Assembly: GCA_038727135.1 (NCBI GenBank)
Contig: JAVYWL010000003.1
Location: 169,633-233,632 of the forward strand
Reading direction: 5' to 3'
Source: Candidatus Bathyarchaeia archaeon
GTDB taxonomy: Archaea > Thermoproteota > Bathyarchaeia > Bathyarchaeales > Bathycorpusculaceae
Length of the DNA stretch: 64,000 nucleotides
Positions 9,563 to 18,823 of the stretch are shown one piece after another. The position numbers were made by a program, and so were the translations under genes. Position 1 is the first letter of the stretch; each line of letters begins with the position of its first letter. Under the pieces are notes generated by a model that saw nothing but the letters and a program-made list of their open reading frames with translations, made no database searches and was not told the DNA's origin.

Positions 9563-10609
9563 CTATTCTAAACCCTTAAACAGCCAAGACAAGTCTGGCA
9601 TCTTCGCCCTTTTATCGATTTTCTCAGCCAAGGCGTGAACCACTATTGGTAAGGCTATTGTTGCATCACAGTAGCACTGCACATTCCGCCCTTCCTTGGC
9701 TTCCTTACCCCAGCTTATGGCTTCTTCAAAAGTGCAGCCCGACAAGCCGCCCCAATGAGGCGCGTCAGTTGTAATCTGTATGGCGTACTTGTGAGGATAG
9801 GTCCTCTCGTATTTTCTGGATTCTGTTAGACTTCTCCCAACAGTGGTTAGTTGGATGAAGTCTTTTGGCACACCGCCACCGATGTAGATTACGGCGCTTT
9901 CTGGAGCTGCCCTAGCCTTAATATCAACAAGCTGTTCAAAGTCCCGCATTTGGTCTATTGTTATGTCGAAGTTGCTTTCAAGTTTCCTGTTTAGGAGGTA
10001 TGCGATTCCATAGCCACTGTCAACTATGGCTGGGCAGAAGACTGGCACTTTGTTCTCATAGGCTGTTGCAATTATGCTTTTAATCCCCATTTGTGAAAGC
10101 TCTTTCCCGAATAAGTGGAGAAACTCAGCTGAGGAATATTTGCGGTTTGGACTTAACTTCTTCATGAAGTTGGCGATTAGGCTTTCCATTTGGCGGTATT
10201 CAAGCTCGTCTGCAAAAACGTCGTAAAAGCGGTCAATTTTATATTGCAAAAGTTGGTGGTCATCCACCATATGGTGCCCCTGCCAGTAAGTGCCACCCAT
10301 GGCTTCCAAAATGTCCTCGGATATGTTTGCGCCCGTAGAAACTATAACGTCAATGAAGCGATGTTCAATAAGCCAGTTAACAATTTTCCACTGTCCAGTG
10401 GTGCTCATGGAACCGGCATAGCCAAAAAATATTACAACGTCGTCTTTGAGCATTTCCTCCCATACTTCAACCACTTCGCCAAGTTTTCTGCCTTGAAAAC
10501 CAGTTTTAGCCATTTCTGCAAGCAGTTCTGAAATTTTCTTCGGAGTTTTAACTTCTATTGGCTCAAGCTTCCTTTTAAAGAATGGAGTTTGTCTTTTCTC
10601 CCTTATCAC
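9563..10609 (-). CDS. Deoxyhypusine-synthase-like protein (second, divergent paralog; possibly SpeY/homospermidine-synthase type)
   Basis: GFQGRKLG, STGANISED, GGGVPKDFIQ, ITTDAPHWGGLSGCTFEEAISWGK. Confidence 0.85.
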   Translation of the reverse strand: MIREKRQTPFFKRKLEPIEVKTPKKISELLAEMAKTGFQGRKLGEVVEVWEEMLKDDVVIFFGYAGSMSTTGQWKIVNWLIEHRFIDVIVSTGANISEDILEAMGGTYWQGHHMVDDHQLLQYKIDRFYDVFADELEYRQMESLIANFMKKLSPNRKYSSAEFLHLFGKELSQMGIKSIIATAYENKVPVFCPAIVDSGYGIAYLLNRKLESNFDITIDQMRDFEQLVDIKARAAPESAVIYIGGGVPKDFIQLTTVGRSLTESRKYERTYPHKYAIQITTDAPHWGGLSGCTFEEAISWGKEAKEGRNVQCYCDATIALPIVVHALAEKIDKRAKMPDLSWLFKGLE

Positions 10610-10706
10610 CGAATTTCAACTCCACAATTTTGGAATGCTTTATTTTCAAAACCTCACTTTTAAATTTTTAGTTTCCGGAAAACTCGCCATCAGCCTGTGC
10701 CCAAAA

Positions 10707-11684
10707 TTAAAAGGTGTAGAGGTTTCCAACACTGTTCCAAACGAAGGCTTCAGGCATGGCTTCTGCCATTGCAAAGGCACCCCTCCAACCAGTGCAGTGC
10801 ATAGGTGCAACCAATTCTGGCTTTAAGCGTTTAAGTGCTTCCACAGTCTTATCTATGCGCTCTTCGCAATTTTTGCCGGACAAGTGGAAACCGCCAATTA
10901 TGGCGTGGATCTTTTCGATCCCGGTTATTTCCCGAACATAAAGCACCGTGTTAACTATTCCAGCGTGGGCACAACCGGACAATATGATAAGCCCCTTATT
11001 TTTGACATGGACAGCTAATGCTCGGTCGTCCCAAATCCAAGGGTCCGGCTGCCATTCACCGTCAACAAGGGCGCGCTGCCGTGCATAGCCCTTCTCAAAA
11101 TCAGTTATTCTTGGTATTTCGCCAGTCACAAGCACCGTGCCATCAGCCAGCAAATATGGCTCCTTTGTTTTAACGAATTTGGCTGGACGAATTTGAGCCT
11201 CCCTTGGGAATTCTGGATATCGCCTAACAGAACCGTCTGGTTCGGCTGCTCCTCTCGTTTTAAACATGTCCTCATGCACTATTATTGGTAAGTCGACTTT
11301 ACTGATGGCTTTGATAAAGCTTAGCAGTCCGCCGAAATGGTCATAATGCCCATGAGACAAGACAACAGCCTCAATCTGCCCAAGGTTTATGCCCATACCA
11401 TATGCGTTTGAAATCGCTCCCATAGGGCTTACACCAGTGTCAAAGAGCAAACTGTGCGGCTTTCCATTGTAGTACACCGTAACAAGCATTGACAAACCAT
11501 GCTCAGCTATTGGTAGACGAAAATTCTCCTCAACCCACCCCTTGCCCATGCGCCTCGCAACCCAACTTCTAACGCCTTGGACTTCCCGCCGGTTAATGGA
11601 TGATGTGAAGTCTATACAGTTGTCCATTAAACATATTACTTCTAGGCTTTCAGCCTCCCTGAGTGATACTCCTTTACAAGACAA
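10707..11684 (-). CDS. Metallo-beta-lactamase-fold protein, MJ0301-like dihydropterin-ribofuranosylaminobenzene-P synthase family
   Basis: AEHGLS, LFDTG, LSHGHYDHFGG, SGCAHAG, IIGGFHL, PMHCTG; start moved to the TTG at 11684 behind a GGTGGTG SD. Confidence 0.8.
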   Translation of the reverse strand: MSCKGVSLREAESLEVICLMDNCIDFTSSINRREVQGVRSWVARRMGKGWVEENFRLPIAEHGLSMLVTVYYNGKPHSLLFDTGVSPMGAISNAYGMGINLGQIEAVVLSHGHYDHFGGLLSFIKAISKVDLPIIVHEDMFKTRGAAEPDGSVRRYPEFPREAQIRPAKFVKTKEPYLLADGTVLVTGEIPRITDFEKGYARQRALVDGEWQPDPWIWDDRALAVHVKNKGLIILSGCAHAGIVNTVLYVREITGIEKIHAIIGGFHLSGKNCEERIDKTVEALKRLKPELVAPMHCTGWRGAFAMAEAMPEAFVWNSVGNLYTF

Positions 11685-11706
11685 CCGGCACCACCATCCG
11701 CGCCTG

Positions 11707-12465
11707 TTAGAGGAACAGGTCCTTCTCCCTTGGTCTAATAAGCTCCGTAGCCCTTGCATCCTCGGACTTTATGTACTTGTAGCCGCGGATAATAGCCACC
11801 GGAATGCCTTCATCCGCCTGCCCAATAACAAGCTCAGCCGCCGAGCAGAGCTCATCGGCAACAGCTGTCTGCTTAACCCGCAAAACATAGCCGAATAAGT
11901 CCTTTTCGCCTCTGCGGTCTCTTATGGGCTTCAAGCCTGAAACGCCAACAGCAACATTAATTTCGCCCTCCCGCAGGGGTCTGCCATGCGTGTCGGAAAT
12001 TATGACAGCCACATCACAGCCAGTTAAACGCTTAATCTCATGCCTAATCTTGGCGGCGGAAGCGTCGGGGTCTTCTGGGAGCAAAGCCACAAAGCGTTCT
12101 CCGGGCACGTTAGACTTGTCAACCCCAGAATTGGCGCAGACAAACCCATGCCTTGTCTCGGTGATTATTTTTCCATCAGCCATACGCCTAATGCCCTTTG
12201 CCTCCCTAAGGACAACCTCAACCATGGCGGGGTCCTTGTCGTAAAGCTCTGCAATGGTCTTCGCAAAAAGCGAAGGCGTCACCTCATCCAAGTTTACAAC
12301 CCGCCCCTCAGCCCTCGAAACAACAACATGTGTAACAACTATTATGTCGCCATCCTGTATTGGCGTCCCTTGACGCTCAGCAGCCTTACAAATAAGCTCT
12401 GCAAGGTTGTCTCCAGCCTTTATAATTGGTAAGCCTTCAACACCAATTATCTGAATTACGTTCAT
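11707..12465 (-). CDS. cofE: CofE-family gamma-glutamyl ligase
   Basis: VSRAEGR, ANSGVDKSN, LLPEDPDASA, ISDTHGRPLREG, ADELCSAAELVIGQADEGIP. Confidence 0.9.
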   Translation of the reverse strand: MNVIQIIGVEGLPIIKAGDNLAELICKAAERQGTPIQDGDIIVVTHVVVSRAEGRVVNLDEVTPSLFAKTIAELYDKDPAMVEVVLREAKGIRRMADGKIITETRHGFVCANSGVDKSNVPGERFVALLPEDPDASAAKIRHEIKRLTGCDVAVIISDTHGRPLREGEINVAVGVSGLKPIRDRRGEKDLFGYVLRVKQTAVADELCSAAELVIGQADEGIPVAIIRGYKYIKSEDARATELIRPREKDLFL

Positions 12466-12613
12466 GAAACATCCACAACATGTTACTATGCTGGCGTTCT
12501 TTATAATTTCCGCTTTCTAAAGCAAAAGCATGTTTTACATCATGTTTTCATTGGTTGTATGCAAAAATTTTTAATGTTGAAGTCGCCTCTCTCTAAAGGC
12601 GAGATGAGTTTCA

Positions 12614-13339
12614 ATGAAAATACTGCATGAGTTTGTCCCTACACGTAAATTTTTGAAACTTGCCGAGGAAGTTAAAGACCTTGTGGATGGATGGAACATA
12701 ACCGACAGCGCCGCCGGAATGCCGGCGCCCAGCGGCACAGCCGTGGGCTGCGTCCTAAAAACCAAATACCCAGACAAAATCGTCATACCAATATTCATAC
12801 TCCACTACAAGGGACCAGTCGAGGTTGGAGGCTTGGCTTTAGCCGCAGACGCCGTAGGCTTGGATGGGCTAGTGCTAACAATGGGAGACATACCAAAATA
12901 TGGAGAGCCAATAAAAATGTTTAAGTCTTCAGAGGAAGCCAGAGACTTTCTACGCACAACAATACGCCTAAAAAATGTCAAACTGGGATGCTTACTTACA
13001 GCACGCCGAACCATCGAGGAGACAATAGCAAGAGCCAAAGAACCATGGGACTTCGTCTTCTTCATGAGACTTGAAGACAAAACCTTCCCAGCACTGGAGC
13101 AAGTGGCAAAGGAATGCAAACGCCTAAACAAGCCCATATACACATACTTCCTTGTCGGAACACCCAAAAACGCAGAAATGGTCAAACTAATCGGGTGGCC
13201 TGTGACAACAACCATGGAAAGGGTTGAGGAAACAGCATCAAAACTTGAGGGTTTAGTGGACGGCGTAATAGCAACATGCGCCGGAGACTACGACGGCGAC
13301 AAAGAACTTCTAACAAGGCTTCAAAAGTTTAGAAAATGA
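12614..13339 (+). CDS. Short MetF/methylenetetrahydrofolate-reductase-like flavoprotein
   Basis: HEFVP, NITDSAAG, VIP, LVLTMGD-P pattern of the FAD-linked reductase barrel. Confidence 0.65.
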   Translation: MKILHEFVPTRKFLKLAEEVKDLVDGWNITDSAAGMPAPSGTAVGCVLKTKYPDKIVIPIFILHYKGPVEVGGLALAADAVGLDGLVLTMGDIPKYGEPIKMFKSSEEARDFLRTTIRLKNVKLGCLLTARRTIEETIARAKEPWDFVFFMRLEDKTFPALEQVAKECKRLNKPIYTYFLVGTPKNAEMVKLIGWPVTTTMERVEETASKLEGLVDGVIATCAGDYDGDKELLTRLQKFRK

Positions 13340-13604
13340 GTCCGTTAAAACCGCCAAACACCCTTCCACTCTTTTACTTTACATTTTTCTAAAACTAAAT
13401 CCAAGAATTAAACGCGGAAAAATTTCTAGAGGCTTCCTCGGCGGAGACCTCCTAAAACACTTCATAATCGATGAGGCCGACAGGGAACAGAAAAGCGGCA
13501 TAAAAAGGTTTGGGATAAACTATTACAGTGGCAAGCAGGGTGATGAAAAGTCTTGAAGATTCAATTCGTCTCGCTAAAGTTGTTATGGAGGTAGGATGAT
13601 TGGG

Positions 13605-13799
13605 CTATATTTCGCGGATATCGCATTTCAGCTTCTTTATAACTTCTTCAGCCTTTGAAGGCTCAACTTTGAGGGTGTAGAGCATTTTTGGTGTGCGAAG
13701 CTTCAGTTTTACAACGTCTTTTAGGCGCTTGACTGCGCAGTACTCTGCTCTCTCACTTATTTCAACGAATTTGTCTACGTCGAAGATTTCCGTCGGCAT
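13605..13799 (-). CDS. rpl38e: 50S ribosomal protein L38e
   Basis: MPTEIFDVDKF...VKLKLRTPKMLYTLKV; 64 aa from ATG at 13799. Confidence 0.88.
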   Translation of the reverse strand: MPTEIFDVDKFVEISERAEYCAVKRLKDVVKLKLRTPKMLYTLKVEPSKAEEVIKKLKCDIREI

Positions 13800-13834
13800 G
13801 CTAAAGTCTCCAAGCTGATGCTCTTTGGCCAAAT

Positions 13835-14944
13835 CTAATTTTTATCTGTTTTGGTCTTCCACCTGCCCTTAAGCCTATCACAGAACTTGAAAAGCTCTTT
13901 TCGTGTTGGGTGTTTGCCTTCCGGGTTTGATATGTAGTAGGCTGCAACAGCATTAGCCAACGTAAGCCTAACAGCGTCGCTTAACTCATAAACAGTTCCG
14001 AGTATGTTACCAGCATTCCAAGTGTCTCCAGCGCCGGTCGCCCTCAAAACAGGGACATGGAAGGCTGGAACAAGTGTTTCTTTATTCCTTGTGAAGGTTG
14101 CAGAATATTCTGTTGTGTGGAGGTCTATCCTCGCCCTTAAATGGGAAGCTAAAAACTTTGCGGACTCTCTTGCCAACTCTTCAAAATTCAAGCCTTTCCC
14201 GGGTTTTTCAGCTTTCCCCTTCAGAAGCGAGGCAAAAAAGACTGCCTCATTCTCGTTTAGGCTTAAAACGTCCACCAAATCGCTTTGCAGAACCCTATCA
14301 AGCAGTTTTTTGGCTTTTCCCATGTTTGGGGTTGGGTCAGCGGGGTCAAAATAGGTTTTGCCATGTCCCCTTGATTTGGCGTGACGGAAAACAGTTTCAG
14401 CTAGTTCAGTGCCATATTTTCTTGTTCCAGCCCAGTTGAAAACGCAAATGCAATCAGCCCCTTCTATGGCTTCAAAGTCTTCAGCGTCTAGGTTTTGTGA
14501 CCCAAAATCTGCCAATGAACCAACATCCCTAAGCATGACGTTTGCTTTTCCATTATCGGTTTTGAATTCTAATGCTGTTGTTATTGAGGGCTTTTCCACA
14601 ATTTTTATATGGTTTAAGTTGATTCTCGGCGATTTTGCATAGAATTTGATTAGATGAAGCCCGAGCTTGTCGGTGCAAACTATTGGCGTGACATTTACGC
14701 CTAAGCTTGCCAAAGCGGCGGCGGTGTTTATGGCGTTTCCACCCCTAAACTCTTTCTGGCTTATTTCATCTATGCTTCCGCCCTTCCTTTCCACAACATC
14801 CACAACTATCCTGAAAAAGTTGCCTGGACTTGTGTTCACGTTTACGAACCTGTCAAGAAAGAAGTCTGGCATTACAACGACTTCAGCTTCTCTTTGCCGA
14901 GTTTTTAGAAAATTCTTAACTTCGTCCAAATATTTGTCCAGCAA
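13835..14944 (-). CDS. PfkB-family carbohydrate kinase
   Basis: GGNAINTAAALASLG, FDPAD, SLNENEA, ATGAGDTWNAG. Confidence 0.88.
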   Translation of the reverse strand: MLDKYLDEVKNFLKTRQREAEVVVMPDFFLDRFVNVNTSPGNFFRIVVDVVERKGGSIDEISQKEFRGGNAINTAAALASLGVNVTPIVCTDKLGLHLIKFYAKSPRINLNHIKIVEKPSITTALEFKTDNGKANVMLRDVGSLADFGSQNLDAEDFEAIEGADCICVFNWAGTRKYGTELAETVFRHAKSRGHGKTYFDPADPTPNMGKAKKLLDRVLQSDLVDVLSLNENEAVFFASLLKGKAEKPGKGLNFEELARESAKFLASHLRARIDLHTTEYSATFTRNKETLVPAFHVPVLRATGAGDTWNAGNILGTVYELSDAVRLTLANAVAAYYISNPEGKHPTRKELFKFCDRLKGRWKTKTDKN

Positions 14945-15000
14945 GTTTTACCCTTCCAAACAACGTATTGCCAACAGAACAGAATTAACTCTTTTGAGCG

Positions 15001-15822
15001 CTATCCGCCCATAAAAAGGCGAACTAAAGCCCATACAACGTCTCCGTAAACCAATGCCAAAACTAAGCCGGCAGTCATGAAAATTAGCATTGGCAGTCCC
15101 GGTGTCGCCCAAACTTTTTCGGAGATTTTTCCCGCCTCAATGGCGTTCTCCAGCCTTTTCACTATGGCTTCTCTCTCCTCATCTTTTGGCAGAACTAGGA
15201 GTTTCCTTTTTACTTCGCCTTCCTCTGTGTTTTCCACGTCTTCTAAGGGGTATATATGCCATTTTTCCTTCAACTTTTTAATGGGAACCTTATAGCCAGT
15301 TGCAAGAATCAAAAGCCTTTTACCTATTGACGCTTCTCGTTGTTCCCCCTCAAAGAGTGGGTTGCCAGTCCTTATACGCCATAGAAGATTATGGAATAGT
15401 AGGTATACGGCTGTTAGAGCTGCCAAAATAACAGAATTGCTGAAAACCGTTACTGGAAAAAACATTTTCATTATTGGTGAGGCTTCGCCCATTAAGGGTT
15501 TTAGAAGCTCTAATGGATAGAAGGGAAAAGCCAAAGCTAAACACATCAAAGCTTTGGCGTCCGCCCCACCGAAGCCCCCGGCGTAGAAGAGGATTATGGC
15601 GAAGGCTGATGTTAAGCCGAAGCATAAGCCATAGAAGATTAGGGCATCAAGGTCGAAAAGGAAAAGTTCAGCAAAAGTTAGTGCGAAAGCTGGTGGAGCA
15701 AAAAGAACCCAGACGTTATTGCTTACCTCACGCGTTTTGTAGTCGCTCCAAGAAGCATAAAATAGGAAAAATGTTGTTAAACCTATTTTGGTGGCTTCGA
15801 TGAGGGCTTGCATTTTAGTCAC
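15001..15822 (-). CDS. Prepilin/preflagellin peptidase (A24, PibD/FlaK-like)
   Basis: SWSDYKTREV, FGGADAKAL, C-terminal VWATPGLPM; last gene of the pilus locus. Confidence 0.9.
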   Translation of the reverse strand: MTKMQALIEATKIGLTTFFLFYASWSDYKTREVSNNVWVLFAPPAFALTFAELFLFDLDALIFYGLCFGLTSAFAIILFYAGGFGGADAKALMCLALAFPFYPLELLKPLMGEASPIMKMFFPVTVFSNSVILAALTAVYLLFHNLLWRIRTGNPLFEGEQREASIGKRLLILATGYKVPIKKLKEKWHIYPLEDVENTEEGEVKRKLLVLPKDEEREAIVKRLENAIEAGKISEKVWATPGLPMLIFMTAGLVLALVYGDVVWALVRLFMGG

Positions 15823-15900
15823 TGCTTATTTTGGGTTTAGAAAAGTACTTTATAACACTTAACGAAAGCTGAATTTAAAAACTTAAAATTTTGAGGGGAT

Positions 15901-16350
15901 TTATGGTGATGCTGGTGATTTGGCGCTGCCTTCCGCTGCCGGTCCGGTTGATGGAGCAACCTTGAAATAGTATGTTGTTTGAGGCTCCCACTGATAAGTG
16001 ATCGTTATTTCTATAGTTCCTCCATTAGCTGCAACAACCTTACTATTTGGGTTGAAAGTTACATTACTTTGCGGCACAAGATTTTCTGAAGATTTACCCA
16101 CATAGACTGTACCTATTGTTGCGTCTGATGTTCCCGTGTTTCTAACATATAACTTGATGGTGTTGCTGTCCGGCCAGTTCACAGCCTCTATGTTGAGTTG
16201 TATGCCAGCCTGGTGTCCTGCGCTGCGCATGTATATCATTATCCATGCATATGTGACGACTATGGCGGCTACGGCTATTACTATTAGTAGGAGGGTTGCG
16301 AGGATCGGGGATATACCCCTTCTAGATTTTAGGAGAGTTTTGGTTTTCAT
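15901..16350 (-). CDS. Archaeal type IV pilin (probable major pilin)
   Basis: Class III signal RRG|ISPILATLLLIVIAVAA; YVRNTG motif; separate TATA-like TTAAATAA at about 16393-16400. Confidence 0.9.
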   Translation of the reverse strand: MKTKTLLKSRRGISPILATLLLIVIAVAAIVVTYAWIMIYMRSAGHQAGIQLNIEAVNWPDSNTIKLYVRNTGTSDATIGTVYVGKSSENLVPQSNVTFNPNSKVVAANGGTIEITITYQWEPQTTYYFKVAPSTGPAAEGSAKSPASP

Positions 16351-16441
16351 GATGTTTGCACCTTCTGCTGGTTTATGAAATCTGAAGAATACTTATTTAA
16401 CTTGTATGAACCCTCAATGTGGATTTCAAGTAAGTTTCGCA

Positions 16442-18823
16442 CTAAGCGATTACCTCCACCTTTGGAGGATGCTCAACAATAACCCACAAACCAACACCAT
16501 TCCTATAAATGAAGTCGGTGCCAGACTGAATTGTAACAACAGCACCAAACCATGTGATATCGAGCGAAAAATTAAAGGAGGCTGACTGAAGTTTAATAGG
16601 CGAAACCTCAATGACATTCTGAAATGGCTGTACTTCCACTTGCAATTCATACAACCGCTGGTCAGCAGAATTGCTCTTGCTCACCAGCTTCACGTATCTG
16701 CCTTGAGCTTGAAAAGCTCCACTATGAACCCAGCTATCGCCGGCAACGGCCCCACTCCATACGGCAGAGCCCCAGCTTGAAGGGTTGTTGCTAACGTAAA
16801 CTTCTATGCCAGCTGTGCCGCCCCAATCATAAGTGCTGCCGCTCGGCTGGTAAATCCTTATCCTTGAAACAGTCGTCGACGAGCCCAGATCATAGATTAT
16901 CCAGTGATAGCATTGAGCGTTATGTTGCCAATAAGTCGAGGTACGCCCATCTATTGAGCGATCGGCAGTATTGCTACCTGAGTAACCGCAGCTGCTGTGC
17001 ACCGAACTTGGCGTCAACCATCGTCCTGTGGTGGTTACGTTTAAGATTCCTGTGTTTGGTTTAGCAATCTTATCAAAGAAGTAAAGTTTAATATTGCCTA
17101 AAGTGGTGAACATTACTCCCGCGCCAGCACTACTCGTATAGTTATATTGGGTCCAATGGTGTTGCCACAGTCCATCAGAGAAATTGTAGAAGGCATAGCT
17201 ACCTACATACGTCTCAACTGCTAAGGGGATTCCATTGCTTGTGCCGTTTTCAGTTAAAACCTTAAGTTTAGTTTTCCAATCGCTTGAAATTGTTATTGGG
17301 GTGAGGTTAGTTATTACCCTATCTTCCGGACATGTTGAAGCGTTTACAAAAATCAGTCTTAAGGCGTATGTGTAATAGGTTGCGTTTGCCGGAAATGTCA
17401 GAACTATTTGGGCGTATGTGTTAGGAAAGCCCCAATTGGTGTAGCCTGACCATTCAGCTTCTTGCTGTATAATGTCCCTCACAGTACCGTTTATTATTGG
17501 GAAGGATGGTGAAGCATAGAATTTTGCCGAATGCCCGTTTATCTGCATGAAGTCAGCTCTGCTTGTAGCGGTTTGAACGTAGAAAGTTCCACTACCGCTG
17601 TTGTAGGTTATGTTCACTTGAGTTAAACCGTTATTTAAGATGGCGACCGCTCCACCACCACTAGCACTTACTATTCTGTCATTAAAACTTCTCATGGTTG
17701 CGTATGGTGTTTGTTGGGCGTTGTCTCTTCCATCCCACCATATTGTCACATTTTTTATGTTGTGGTCTACTAGGAAGACTATCATGTTTCTGCTCGAAAA
17801 CAGTGTTTCACTGCTGCTCCTGCCAAGGGGAACTTTGTAGTTGGATGCCCAGTCCTCAACTTGGAAGGGTATCTGTTTGGCTTCCAGGTGGTTGGGGTCT
17901 GCGTTTGCGCTTACTCTTAGGCACTTAATTGGCAGTTGTGGGATTGGATATCCGTCTAGAAGTTTTTGTCCAAGCCATAGCAGTGTCCCATTTTGGAGAA
18001 CTTCAACAACGATTTTATCGTTTTTTAGTTGGGTGTAGATGCCTTGCATTCCAGTGGCGTTCCAGTCGAAAACATAAGTTATCTGGGGCTTCTTGCGTGT
18101 CGAATAAAAGCTGATAGTAGTTATTCCTCTAGGATCTGAAACTTCCAGTAAGAAACATTTCTTGTCTACTTTTTGTGTTGGAATCCCTAAAAGGTATAGG
18201 CTGTTTTCGTTTGAAAAACTTGAGGCTTGCTGCTTCATCCAGTTTGAAGTTGCATTATCATAATAGTAGAATAGGAAGTTTTCATTGGTTAGCCCAAGAT
18301 ATGGGCGGCTCTCGTCGAGTGTGACATTAACCTTAACTGTGTTGTCTGCCACCTCGATTATCTCGACTCTTAGGGCGCAGAAAGTCTCATAGTTTATGTT
18401 GTTTAGGCGTAGACTTAAAAGGTCGTAGGATGCTTTAAGATAGCCCATGCTATAGCTGGAGGTTTCATACCAGCGAACTGAAAAGTTCATGTCAGAAATT
18501 CCAATGGAAGGGTTAAGCTCCGGATGGGAGTTTGCGATAAATTCGAAGCCACTGCTTAAGTAGTTGCGTGCTAGGTTTCGGGCAAAGGACGCGTTGCCAG
18601 TCACCTGTAGTACAGAGCAGTAATAGCCAACAGCGAACTCTAGCATCTGCTTCAAAGAATTGTTAATCTCGTAAATCGACGATGAAACGTTGGTTTGCTC
18701 TTTAGGAAGTGAAAAGTTAATTATGGAGTATGTGACGGCAACAGCAGATATGAGGATTATAGCCAACAGGGCGGCGGCAATTATTGAAAACTGCCCTTTA
18801 ACAGCACCACGCATTTTAAACAC
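16442..18823 (-). CDS. Large minor pilin/adhesin with an F5/8 type C (discoidin) domain
   Basis: KG|QFSIIAAALLAII leader; SIDGRTSTYW...WIIYDLG...IRIY...GRYVKL discoidin signature near the C-terminus. Confidence 0.8.
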   Translation of the reverse strand: MFKMRGAVKGQFSIIAAALLAIILISAVAVTYSIINFSLPKEQTNVSSSIYEINNSLKQMLEFAVGYYCSVLQVTGNASFARNLARNYLSSGFEFIANSHPELNPSIGISDMNFSVRWYETSSYSMGYLKASYDLLSLRLNNINYETFCALRVEIIEVADNTVKVNVTLDESRPYLGLTNENFLFYYYDNATSNWMKQQASSFSNENSLYLLGIPTQKVDKKCFLLEVSDPRGITTISFYSTRKKPQITYVFDWNATGMQGIYTQLKNDKIVVEVLQNGTLLWLGQKLLDGYPIPQLPIKCLRVSANADPNHLEAKQIPFQVEDWASNYKVPLGRSSSETLFSSRNMIVFLVDHNIKNVTIWWDGRDNAQQTPYATMRSFNDRIVSASGGGAVAILNNGLTQVNITYNSGSGTFYVQTATSRADFMQINGHSAKFYASPSFPIINGTVRDIIQQEAEWSGYTNWGFPNTYAQIVLTFPANATYYTYALRLIFVNASTCPEDRVITNLTPITISSDWKTKLKVLTENGTSNGIPLAVETYVGSYAFYNFSDGLWQHHWTQYNYTSSAGAGVMFTTLGNIKLYFFDKIAKPNTGILNVTTTGRWLTPSSVHSSCGYSGSNTADRSIDGRTSTYWQHNAQCYHWIIYDLGSSTTVSRIRIYQPSGSTYDWGGTAGIEVYVSNNPSSWGSAVWSGAVAGDSWVHSGAFQAQGRYVKLVSKSNSADQRLYELQVEVQPFQNVIEVSPIKLQSASFNFSLDITWFGAVVTIQSGTDFIYRNGVGLWVIVEHPPKVEVIA

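Noticed and set aside
12477-12550. Repeated CATGTT words in the cofE/metF divergent promoter
   Set aside because: Short and AT-rich; cannot be distinguished from chance without comparative data
13540-13600. GTGATGA box C-like motif suggesting a second C/D sRNA
   Set aside because: No properly spaced CTGA box D or D' and no terminal stem
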